Shown piece by piece: positions 55,968 to 63,718 of a stretch of DNA of 64,000 bases. The notes below the pieces were generated by a model. That model was not told the DNA's origin. It did not search any database and saw nothing but the letters and a program-made list of their open reading frames with translations. A program made the position numbers and the translations under genes. The stretch covers positions 65,740-129,739 of the forward strand of contig CAYSJS010000001.1 of assembly GCA_964431415.1 (NCBI GenBank), given 5' to 3'. Origin of the DNA: an uncultured Candidatus Saccharibacteria bacterium. Its GTDB lineage: Bacteria > Patescibacteriota > Saccharimonadia > Saccharimonadales > JACDBH01. Within the stretch, counting starts at the first letter, position 1. Every line of letters starts with the position of its first letter.

Positions 55968-57184
55968 CTTTCGCTATCCGACACGGTTAGAATTCCCTTA
56001 CGCGAAAGTCGTGCTCCCGTTTCGTCCATTAAATCAAGCACATCGGCAAATCTGAATGAAGGCACTCTCAACATATCTTCTCTTCCGATAACACCTTCTG
56101 CATACAGATTCATCATCTCGTACTGCGTCATGCAGTATGAACAGTCTTCATGTTTTTCGCTTGGGTCGTAGTTAGAATCCGCGCGATGTATGTCAAATAC
56201 TTCACTGGAGTCATTGAGAACATTTCCCAACATCGGCATAGTACTTCCGCACGCACACATTTCTGCGTTACCGTAGTTATCGACTCCCTGTACGAAAAAC
56301 GGTACGTAGCACCGATTCGACCGACGACCATCACTCATCATCGCAACCAATCTCTCAAGGTATGGCTTTGGTGGCAATACAGACTGGTAGTCGTCATATC
56401 TGTCAATAACAACTCGACGAAATATTTCCAGCTGCTCCGCGGTAAAGTCTAGCATTTTTCGACCGTCTCCCCTTACTGGGCGGGGAACTACGATTATGTC
56501 GCCCATATCTTTGAACGTGTCGAGCATCACGTCGAAGCTTCCCGTATTATGACGCGTAAGTACACAGTTTATTTCTATTGGCATGCCTTTTTCCAAGATA
56601 TAACGTATGTTTTCAATAACTTTCTCTGTAATATTGCCGTTTGGCGTACGCGCTCTGTTCGTCTCCAGAGTAGTACCGTCCAGTGATATTTGGAAGTAGA
56701 CGTTACCCATACCGGCAAAATCGTCGATTTGCCCAGGGGTCAGTTTATATCCGTTAGTAAGAATCTGAACCGCAGCATAGTTGTCGTGAACTTTGCGAAC
56801 ATAATCTGTCAGCTGTGGGTAAAGCGTTATCTCGCCGCCGGACAGCTTAAGTATGCGGGAATCAGCCTCCGTGCTCATAGCCGATATGACTTTCTCGCCC
56901 AAAGCAAAAAAGTCTGTGATTTGTGGTCTTGCAGGCAACGCCTCTTCCGCTATAGGAACTAGGCTCAGTGTTTTACGCCAGCTTTCTGGCATATGGGCTT
57001 CGCCTTGCCGGTCGATACGCATCGGGAAACCGGATGGAGCACAGTAACCACACGCAAGATTACAGGCCTCATCGAGTATTCTTTGGTCATGGAAAACAAA
57101 TTTTGGCTTACGGTCTTGCTCTTGTATGTCGACAACTGAAGACAACGAATTTTCTCCGTTATCAAAAACTTCCAACTCCGCCAT
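55964..57184 (-). CDS. Radical SAM enzyme with C-terminal Cys-rich SPASM/twitch-like extension
   Basis: CNLACGYC (CxxxCxxC), SGGEITLY, QISLDG. C-terminal cysteines: NRCYVPF...AEMCACGS and HEDCSYC. Confidence 0.85.
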   Translation of the reverse strand: MAELEVFDNGENSLSSVVDIQEQDRKPKFVFHDQRILDEACNLACGYCAPSGFPMRIDRQGEAHMPESWRKTLSLVPIAEEALPARPQITDFFALGEKVISAMSTEADSRILKLSGGEITLYPQLTDYVRKVHDNYAAVQILTNGYKLTPGQIDDFAGMGNVYFQISLDGTTLETNRARTPNGNITEKVIENIRYILEKGMPIEINCVLTRHNTGSFDVMLDTFKDMGDIIVVPRPVRGDGRKMLDFTAEQLEIFRRVVIDRYDDYQSVLPPKPYLERLVAMMSDGRRSNRCYVPFFVQGVDNYGNAEMCACGSTMPMLGNVLNDSSEVFDIHRADSNYDPSEKHEDCSYCMTQYEMMNLYAEGVIGREDMLRVPSFRFADVLDLMDETGARLSRKGILTVSDSES

Positions 57185-58535
57185 TTCGACCTCCGATAAT
57201 AACTTTTCTTTTCGCCAACGAACCTAAAGTAGAACGTATTGTTTCATGACTTAACCCTGTCGTCAATCTTATCTCCTCGATAGATACAGCATTGCCGCAG
57301 CATGCCATGACGGCCAATTCATTTTCTGACAGGTCATATATTTTTGGCGGTAATTCGTTGTTGCCAGAGAGATATACTTTTCCGTTTTGCAAAGTAGCAA
57401 ATGGTGAGATAAAAAATGTCTCGGGCACAACAAGCTTGTCCTTGTGATTCTGGGCGATATCGAGATAAAGCCGCATGTAAACTTCGCTTATTGTTTTCAT
57501 GTTGTAGTCCGTCTCCAGTATCGTACGAGATTCGCGTAACACATCCCCCATCTTAGGATCTGTTAACAAGCGTCGAATCCCGCGGATAATAGCATCTGTG
57601 GAGGGCTCACACGTAACAACTGCCGGCAATGCCTCTGCAAGACCGGGCAGGTTGCCAAACGGAAATGCAAGCACTGGCGTACCACATGCTACAGACTCTA
57701 TGCATACTTGCGAAAATGACTCAGGAAGCCTTGAAAGGGAAAGGGTTATGTCAGCGACAGAGTATAAGTACTTGAGATTGGCGGACTCCTGCCAACCGAT
57801 ATGTTTGACCCGTGGATGCTGCTGGCGGGAATCTACGTCAAAAGTGGTTATAACTGTCAGATTTGAATAATCTTCCGATAGTGACTCGCAAATTTGGCCT
57901 ATGCGATCATCACCTTTACCGACGTCTGCTCTACCAGGGAAGAATAGAATAGGTCCGTCCTTTTCGTCTAACTGAACTCCCCATTCAGCTAGTTTTTTTA
58001 GCGCTTTAGCTTTCGGCACATTATAAAACAGTTCAAAGTCGACGCCCCGGTTTATGGTATGAACCTCGGCAGGGCTTCCGGTGAGAGCCGCAAAGTTTCG
58101 AAATGTCCTAGTAGCGAAACTGGATGGGCTTATCACCGCATCCCAGTCGCCAGCTAAAGCTTTATCAAGATGGCTGCCTTTGTCGGCCGTCGTAAGCATT
58201 ACGTCATGAAGATGGTATACAAGTGCAGCCCTCCTTCGTTCCAGAGGAATACGCGGGAAAGTAAATGAGCATGTATGGACACTTAATACATCTACTTCTT
58301 CGGCTTCCTCAGTTAACCGGCCGACCATATTTTGATCATCAAGCTTTTCAAACTTGACTCCATCGTAATCAGTAAACTCATCTCGGGGATCATTAATACT
58401 GCGACTTAGCACGGTCACCTCGTCTATAACATCAAAATCGAGTGCGCTCCTCGCGAGGGCGAGGATCGTTCGAGCCTTCCCGCCGTACTGAAGCGGATAT
58501 ATCTCTGGTTCGTCATCAATAAAACTAACTTTCAT
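57162..58535 (-). CDS. GT-B glycosyltransferase fused to a C-terminal winged-helix-like domain
   Basis: Start at ATG 58535 (MKVSFIDD), in ATGA overlap with the upstream stop. GT4-like LPESFSQVCIESVACGTPVLA. The last ~70 aa, LSENELAVMACCGNAVSIEEIRLTTGLSHETIRSTLGSLAKRKVI, look like a MarR/wHTH. Confidence 0.7.
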   Translation of the reverse strand: MKVSFIDDEPEIYPLQYGGKARTILALARSALDFDVIDEVTVLSRSINDPRDEFTDYDGVKFEKLDDQNMVGRLTEEAEEVDVLSVHTCSFTFPRIPLERRRAALVYHLHDVMLTTADKGSHLDKALAGDWDAVISPSSFATRTFRNFAALTGSPAEVHTINRGVDFELFYNVPKAKALKKLAEWGVQLDEKDGPILFFPGRADVGKGDDRIGQICESLSEDYSNLTVITTFDVDSRQQHPRVKHIGWQESANLKYLYSVADITLSLSRLPESFSQVCIESVACGTPVLAFPFGNLPGLAEALPAVVTCEPSTDAIIRGIRRLLTDPKMGDVLRESRTILETDYNMKTISEVYMRLYLDIAQNHKDKLVVPETFFISPFATLQNGKVYLSGNNELPPKIYDLSENELAVMACCGNAVSIEEIRLTTGLSHETIRSTLGSLAKRKVIIGGRNGGVGSF

Positions 58536-59473
58536 ATGCAGACTCTCCAGTATCTTTGTGCGCATTCTGTTTGTGTGTCAACCCCTTCAAATCGAGCTTC
58601 AGCCACTACTGCGCGAAAGTCCTCCCGCATAATGGCATGCATTTGAGCACGGTTAATATCATCGAATTGTGAGCGGTAAATTATTGCCGTATCCGCCATT
58701 GTGTCCAAATAATCATCCACTTTAACGTATTCTGGTACGAGTCGACATTCATCCATAACGCTTCGTAGACGGTGAGCGTATGCACTCTTGTTTCGCGCGT
58801 ACGGATAGTCCTCATAAAGCACTAATTTAACTTCCTCTCCGAGTTGACGCTTAATAGCTACGCCTATATCAAATGTCACCAAATGGTCAATGTGACCTTG
58901 TACCGCCAAAGGACAGAGCACTATATCGGCGCCAAATTCCAGGACAGATTCTATAAGTATACCTGTTATATTTTGCACTAATTCTTGGTCGTTGTGGTTT
59001 TCGCCAAAAATTTCCTCATAGCCTCTTTTGCCTGCCAAAGGAAGTCGTAGAGACTCGAATTGTTGCCCGAGCAGCTCCTCAACTGCCAAACGGGACTCCT
59101 CTAATCGCAGGTCTTCTAGCTGCTCTTCGGTGATTGCAACTTTATCTTTCCAGGGAAATCGGTCGATAGCAGTCTTAGAAAACACATTTATTACACGACA
59201 CACACCTCCGACCCCCACGGCATTCATCATATAACCCGAGGCAGATAACGCTGCGTCATCAGGATGAGGCTCCAATATCACAGTCCGGCAGCCTTCCTGT
59301 TCTGTCGCTGGAAAATCTGGTTTATTTACATAAATTCCTTCTGCTAACAGGATTTTTCTTCCGGCCGGTGACTCTGAATCTATCCCTTCGGTTTCAAGGT
59401 AGGTGTATTGCCCAAGGTATTTGAAACAGCCTTCTTCCTTAGTAAAGTAAGGGAGCTGCAAGATCTCACTCAT
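58532..59473 (-). CDS. PIG-L/LmbE-family N-acetylglucosaminyl deacetylase
   Basis: VILEPHPDDAALSASG and QGHIDH (zinc-ligand motifs of the MshB/BshB/BtrD family). Confidence 0.85.
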   Translation of the reverse strand: MSEILQLPYFTKEEGCFKYLGQYTYLETEGIDSESPAGRKILLAEGIYVNKPDFPATEQEGCRTVILEPHPDDAALSASGYMMNAVGVGGVCRVINVFSKTAIDRFPWKDKVAITEEQLEDLRLEESRLAVEELLGQQFESLRLPLAGKRGYEEIFGENHNDQELVQNITGILIESVLEFGADIVLCPLAVQGHIDHLVTFDIGVAIKRQLGEEVKLVLYEDYPYARNKSAYAHRLRSVMDECRLVPEYVKVDDYLDTMADTAIIYRSQFDDINRAQMHAIMREDFRAVVAEARFEGVDTQTECAQRYWRVCI

Positions 59474-60617
59474 TTCCTACTATACTCCTAGCTAGATTTT
59501 GGTATGTCTCGCCCCACCGTCGGATATCATAACGATTCGACCACGCCATATCAGGACGCTGCCTCTGCATATCTTTCAACACCGTTGTTAGTGTTTGCGA
59601 AAACGCTTGAGCCGTATGTTCAAAAAAGTGGGCTTTTTTATTCCCAGCTCCTATTTCCTTAAAAGTAGGCAGACTATTCAAAATTGTGGGTATTCCTAGT
59701 GCTAACGATTCAAGCGCCGAATAACCAAAACTTTCCGATTTACTAGGCAGAGCTACAATGTCGGCATGCCTGTACGCTTCCGCCATTGAAGGAAACTTAC
59801 AAAATTGCGCCTCAAATCCCGCCTTCACAGCTATTCGTTCTAGTTTTTTGCTGTTTTCCCGGTACTGGGGGTCTTTTCCTGTAGCAAGGACGGTGATGCG
59901 CTTTCTCAAGCTCACGGGCAGCAGTGCGACACCACGAAACACAATCTGTGGTCTTTTTTGAACCAGCTCCAGACGACTTGGCAGAAGTATGGTCACTCTG
60001 CTGGGGTCGTTGTCCGCATCTTGATTAAAGACAGTCCCCGTCGAGGGCTCGTGGTTGAGCCTCGATATATCGATAGCGTGAGGTATGGTTAGTACGTGTC
60101 GTTGAAACATTTTAGAGAAACGCTGACTGTAGTAGTCCGATGGTGTCGTAAGGAGCGTCCTTTTATACAAGCCTCTTCGCATCTTTTTTGCTACACAAAG
60201 AAGTCTTTCTCGTCCCCAGTCAAGTCGAAACTCAAAAGGATTTGTGTGTATGGTAAGAATCCGAGGCATATCCTGCCATGCATCGACGAAGAGCAGCGAG
60301 TTCAGCTGTATAGCATCAAACTTACTCACGTTAACTTTGGCCTCTAAATAGCTTGCCCATTTAGCATAGAATGAATCACCCGTATCATTGTTAGCAAATG
60401 CCTGTAAATCATACTCGTCAGCTGCCTCTTCATTCCCGAGCAAATCAAGACTTGTATACTTCACCTCATTAATTCTGCAACTCTTACCCGACAATACAAA
60501 AACTTCCACATGATTACCCAGCACATGCAACTGGCTAGCTAGATCAATCGTAAACCTCTCCGTTCCACCGACCGAAGTCTCAGAAATCGCCCAAGGACTA
60601 ATGATGGCTATATTCAT
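59466..60617 (-). CDS. Glycosyltransferase family 4 (MshA/BshA/BtrM-like)
   Basis: N-terminus ISPWAISETSVGGTERF. E-x7-E PSKSESFGYSALESLALGIPTI. Confidence 0.85.
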   Translation of the reverse strand: MNIAIISPWAISETSVGGTERFTIDLASQLHVLGNHVEVFVLSGKSCRINEVKYTSLDLLGNEEAADEYDLQAFANNDTGDSFYAKWASYLEAKVNVSKFDAIQLNSLLFVDAWQDMPRILTIHTNPFEFRLDWGRERLLCVAKKMRRGLYKRTLLTTPSDYYSQRFSKMFQRHVLTIPHAIDISRLNHEPSTGTVFNQDADNDPSRVTILLPSRLELVQKRPQIVFRGVALLPVSLRKRITVLATGKDPQYRENSKKLERIAVKAGFEAQFCKFPSMAEAYRHADIVALPSKSESFGYSALESLALGIPTILNSLPTFKEIGAGNKKAHFFEHTAQAFSQTLTTVLKDMQRQRPDMAWSNRYDIRRWGETYQNLARSIVGNE

Positions 60618-61608
60618 TCGAAACTCCTAGAATCTCATCATATAGCGAATCAGTTAACCGGCTGCTCAGGTCAAGGGAGGGGGTCTTTTCGTCTAGTATC
60701 GTGTACCGGTCCATTCGAGGTCGAATACCTTCAAGTGAAGCAACGATTGACCGCCGCACGTCATATCTGTCGGCTATATCACTCATGACGCCAATTCGCC
60801 GTAGAGCAGCCTGTATATCGGCAGAGTAATTGTCCTGGAGATGGGACATTAGTGTTATGCCGCTAGCGATGCTGATTCCATGCGGTATATCAGTCATAAG
60901 CTCAAGTTCTTTGGCGAAGATGTGCTCAGAACCACTCTCCGGTCTTCCGCTTCCGTAAATATTAGTTATATGTCCCGATTCGCCTATCATAGAAAACAAA
61001 GAGGGTATGTCAAGAGTGTTCGGAGCCGTTAGTCCAAGCGCAAAGGTGGTAGCATTATGAAGCAGGTTTTGTGACATTCTATAAATAGAACTATCGATTT
61101 TTTCTACTCCGGCACTGTCCGCTAAACGCCAATCATGGAGCGCTGTATGGATGGATAATATATCGCACAATCCATAGAGATTTTGCGTTCCAGCCGTAGC
61201 AACAAGATCGGTATCTAAAATTATCTCGTCCGCCATCTTAGCGTCAAGCGTAACCTTTGCACCATTCTTGATTAGGGCAACTTTATTCGTCGCAAAGGCA
61301 TTCGTAGACAAGATAGTTGGCATGCAAATGAATTTACTTTGCAAAATGTATGCTATGTATTTTGCAATATCGATGGCCGTGCCGCCCCCAAATCCAATTA
61401 CCGTATCAATGTCTAATCTGGCGCAAAGTTCCTCGATCTTGGCGGCATCTTTGCCAACTTCGTGCGCACTGACAAAAACGCCTTTTCCTCGTACGTTTTT
61501 TAAGCGCCTAAGTGAGGTAGGTGAATATATTACCAACGAATGCTTTGAAGTAGCGTTAATACGAGCTTCGGCAGATGCATGCGTAGTGATATCCAGAAAA
61601 TGTTTCAT
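60598..61608 (-). CDS. Glycerol-1-phosphate dehydrogenase (AraM/EgsA)-like enzyme of the DHQS/iron-ADH superfamily
   Basis: GFGGGTAIDIAKYIA, CMPTILSTNAFAT, CDILSIHTALHDW, SGSEHIFAKELE, PHGISIASG. This block order matches G1PDH/AraM better than DHQS/DOIS. Confidence 0.65.
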   Translation of the reverse strand: MKHFLDITTHASAEARINATSKHSLVIYSPTSLRRLKNVRGKGVFVSAHEVGKDAAKIEELCARLDIDTVIGFGGGTAIDIAKYIAYILQSKFICMPTILSTNAFATNKVALIKNGAKVTLDAKMADEIILDTDLVATAGTQNLYGLCDILSIHTALHDWRLADSAGVEKIDSSIYRMSQNLLHNATTFALGLTAPNTLDIPSLFSMIGESGHITNIYGSGRPESGSEHIFAKELELMTDIPHGISIASGITLMSHLQDNYSADIQAALRRIGVMSDIADRYDVRRSIVASLEGIRPRMDRYTILDEKTPSLDLSSRLTDSLYDEILGVSNEYSHH

Positions 61609-62261
61609 ATGATAAAACTTAATATCTTTTTCATATTCTGCGGCGTATACCCGTGGATTATATCGTCCGCTTCACTCAAGTCTTGAGTTTCATTGAAGCC
61701 ATTGCGCAAACCAAAGCAATACAGACCTGCCGCTTTTGCCGATGTAACCCCGTTCTTAGAATCCTCAATAGCAATGAGTTTAGAAGTTTGTTCGCCGAGA
61801 AGTTCTGCTGCCCTCAGATACACATCTGGAGCTGGCTTACCCTTTGCAACTGATTTGTCGTCGCCTGATACTATCACTGTAAAATCAATCGGGAGCGCGG
61901 AATTATGCAGCGCAGTGTCGATCCATATACGTTTAGACGAAGATGCGACCGCCATTTTAGTTTTACGTATGCTTAATCTACGAAGCAGCGTTTCGATATT
62001 CTGTAGTGGCTTTGCATAATTTGCGTATAGCTCCATTGCCATCTTATGGTAATCGGCGAAATACTGCTCTTCCGTTAATCTCAGTCCTCTGTTTTTGAGA
62101 TATGTATATGCTTCTGGAAGTGAGTGGCCTATTAAATGCTTATACTCATAAGGATCCCAGCCAGGGACACGCTCAATAAGATAACGATTCTCTATCTTTT
62201 CCCAATGCTTCTCGCTATCGTATAAGACACCATCAAAATCGAAAATTATACCGGAATACAC
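61605..62261 (-). CDS. HAD-IA phosphatase (beta-phosphoglucomutase-like subfamily)
   Basis: IIFDFDGVLYDSE motif I, SSS motif II, K...EDSKNG motifs III/IV. First gene of the six-gene minus-strand operon. Confidence 0.85.
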   Translation of the reverse strand: MYSGIIFDFDGVLYDSEKHWEKIENRYLIERVPGWDPYEYKHLIGHSLPEAYTYLKNRGLRLTEEQYFADYHKMAMELYANYAKPLQNIETLLRRLSIRKTKMAVASSSKRIWIDTALHNSALPIDFTVIVSGDDKSVAKGKPAPDVYLRAAELLGEQTSKLIAIEDSKNGVTSAKAAGLYCFGLRNGFNETQDLSEADDIIHGYTPQNMKKILSFII

Positions 62262-62310
62262 ACGCAGCTTCTCCTGAGCGTCTGTCTATTTTAGCCTTCC
62301 TGAAAATGTT

Positions 62311-62339
62311 ATTTTACTGCTCGAACATAGTATTTGCAA
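62311..62339 (-). promoter_or_regulatory. Promoter of the six-gene operon (61605..62261 through 55964..57184)
   Basis: On the minus strand: -35 ttgcaa (62339-62334), 17-nt spacer, -10 taaaat (62316-62311). CAGGAGAAG RBS before the ATG at 62261. Confidence 0.55.
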
Positions 62340-62408
62340 ACCCTAGTTTATATAACGGCAGCTATTTTGTTATGTCCTCGACTGGAGATGCAGGAGATGA
62401 TCTTTGAG

Positions 62409-62429
62409 CAGATATACTGAAAATATCTG
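62409..62429. promoter_or_regulatory. Perfect 7-bp inverted repeat upstream of the operon promoter (possible operator)
   Basis: cagatat actgaaa atatctg, ~70 nt upstream of the -35. Confidence 0.3.
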
Positions 62430-62440
62430 TAAATTATCGT

Positions 62441-62466
62441 TTGGGCCAGTGGACGTACTTCGCAAC
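62441..62466 (-). repeat. Cassette-3' motif family copy (E)
   Basis: ttgggccagtggacgtacttcgcaac, 20-45 nt 3' of the stop of 62486..62932. Shares agtggac...acttcgcaac with copy B. Confidence 0.6.
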
Positions 62467-62485
62467 CTTTTCGTTGACATTAATA

Positions 62486-62932
62486 TTAATGATTATTTGC
62501 AGTCTTGAACGGAATTATAGCAACAATTTGATGCGTAGGTTTTCTTCCGACTTTTTTCCATATAGTTCCGGGGTTTTTAACTGCCTCTATTGCAACATCT
62601 CTTCCTTCTTCAAAGAATTTGGAAATCATTTTACCAACTATCATATGTGATACTTGAGCCAATGCTCCACCAAACGCCTGCTCACCATCCATACCTCTAT
62701 CAATTATGCCTGTAGGTGATAGGTCTGGTTTGGCATGTACGATTTGATTATGCCCACGTCGCGTATAGCACGTAGTTAGTCCTACCTCTAATGCATCAAA
62801 AGCAGTAAGGGCATCATGCTGAAGGGCAATAGTAGCAATATCCATACCATGTTCACGTCTAATGACTCTATCGATGAACTTATAATCACCGTGGGGCAAT
62901 GTTAGGCCTATATAGTAATCTGTTTCTGTCAT
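62486..62932 (-). CDS. Hypothetical protein
   Basis: 148-aa ORF with no recognisable domain. Confidence 0.45.
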   Translation of the reverse strand: MTETDYYIGLTLPHGDYKFIDRVIRREHGMDIATIALQHDALTAFDALEVGLTTCYTRRGHNQIVHAKPDLSPTGIIDRGMDGEQAFGGALAQVSHMIVGKMISKFFEEGRDVAIEAVKNPGTIWKKVGRKPTHQIVAIIPFKTANNH

Positions 62933-62961
62933 TACATCAAAATAGCATTATTACAACATTT

Positions 62962-63037
62962 TGCAAGCATGAGCAAATTAAAAGACCTCTGGCTACAGAG
63001 GTCAAAGTGCTTATGGCTAGTGGACACACTTCATAAC
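62962..63037 (-). repeat. Long copy (D) of the cassette-3' element, including a rho-independent terminator
   Basis: Left arm gcaagcatgagc; perfect hairpin gacctctg gcta cagaggtc (62984-63003) followed on the minus strand by ttttaattt; right arm gtgcttatggctagtggacacacttcataac. Lies 8-83 nt 3' of the stop of 63045..63626. Confidence 0.8.
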
Positions 63038-63044
63038 ATTTGTG

Positions 63045-63626
63045 CTATCGCCTATAAATAACATCTATCTCTTTAACGATGTAGGTATCAAAGCTGCTAG
63101 TAAGTAGTGCTGTTTTTTGAGTTGCCGTCGTATTACTATCAAATTTGCAAGTATACCCTTCTGGACAGGTATATGTTTTATCGAGCACATAGGTAATACT
63201 GATTGATTTATTTCTATTTATGTAGCGGGTATTAATTGACGAGAATTTTGGCCCATTCGATGCAGTATCATAATAGGGTTTCGCAGGCTCACCTTGGATT
63301 ATAAATCCTGCCTTCTTTAAATTTAACGATACATCACTATACAGCTGATTAAAACTGCTGTTAAGTTCTATCCGAGCTTGCGCATAAGCCGATTTATAGG
63401 TATCGGCAGATGCAGTCAGGATGTCACCGTCTACTTGTTTAACGGCAGCAGTAGAAAATCCAGAAACTATATTTATACTACTTAACTCTTCAGCCTTCTT
63501 TTGGGCCAGATAATTGAGTCTCATCATCTTTGCCACTGGATTAATACTTGGACTTAGCAAGGCGTACCCAATAATGACTACCGCGAATGTCATACCTAAT
63601 ATCTTAATAACTTTTTTCTTTTTCAT
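63045..63626 (-). CDS. Secreted/anchored hypothetical protein
   Basis: Start at MKKKKVIKILGMTFAVVIIGYALL (ATG 63626). The longer track ORF (to 63686) runs into repeat copy F. Confidence 0.5.
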   Translation of the reverse strand: MKKKKVIKILGMTFAVVIIGYALLSPSINPVAKMMRLNYLAQKKAEELSSINIVSGFSTAAVKQVDGDILTASADTYKSAYAQARIELNSSFNQLYSDVSLNLKKAGFIIQGEPAKPYYDTASNGPKFSSINTRYINRNKSISITYVLDKTYTCPEGYTCKFDSNTTATQKTALLTSSFDTYIVKEIDVIYRR

Positions 63627-63662
63627 AGGCCTATTGTAACTAATTACAATAAAACTTACACG

Positions 63663-63695
63663 GCGCTTATGCTTGGCTGACATCACAGTTGCAGG
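63663..63695 (-). repeat. Cassette-3' motif family copy (F)
   Basis: gcgcttatgcttggctgacatcacagttgcagg, 24-56 nt 3' of the stop of the IMPase-like gene. Shares a 15-mer gcttatgcttggctg with copy B and ttgcagg with copy A. Confidence 0.6.
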
Positions 63696-63718
63696 GCTAA
63701 ACTACTGCAAGTTAATTA

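Noticed and set aside
55964-61608. Calling the cluster a 2-deoxystreptamine aminoglycoside (butirosin/neomycin-type) pathway, or a mycothiol/bacillithiol pathway
   Set aside because: No aminotransferase, cysteine ligase or inositol-phosphate synthase is present. The DHQS-superfamily protein has G1PDH/AraM-type motif blocks rather than DOIS/DHQS ones. The family overlap is noted, but the assignment is not supported.
47936-63695. CRISPR array interpretation of the recurring motif
   Set aside because: The copies are imperfect, vary in length (25-97 nt), and are separated by whole genes at 400-800 nt or more, not by uniform short spacers. No cas genes are present.
47936-63695. Calling the motifs canonical integron attC sites
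   Set aside because: I could not find paired RYYYAAC / GTTRRRY core sites at the element ends; only an isolated ATTCAAC/GTTGAAT occurs near 52925. Most copies lack the left arm, and no intI is in the window. I therefore report them only as attC-like or undetermined.
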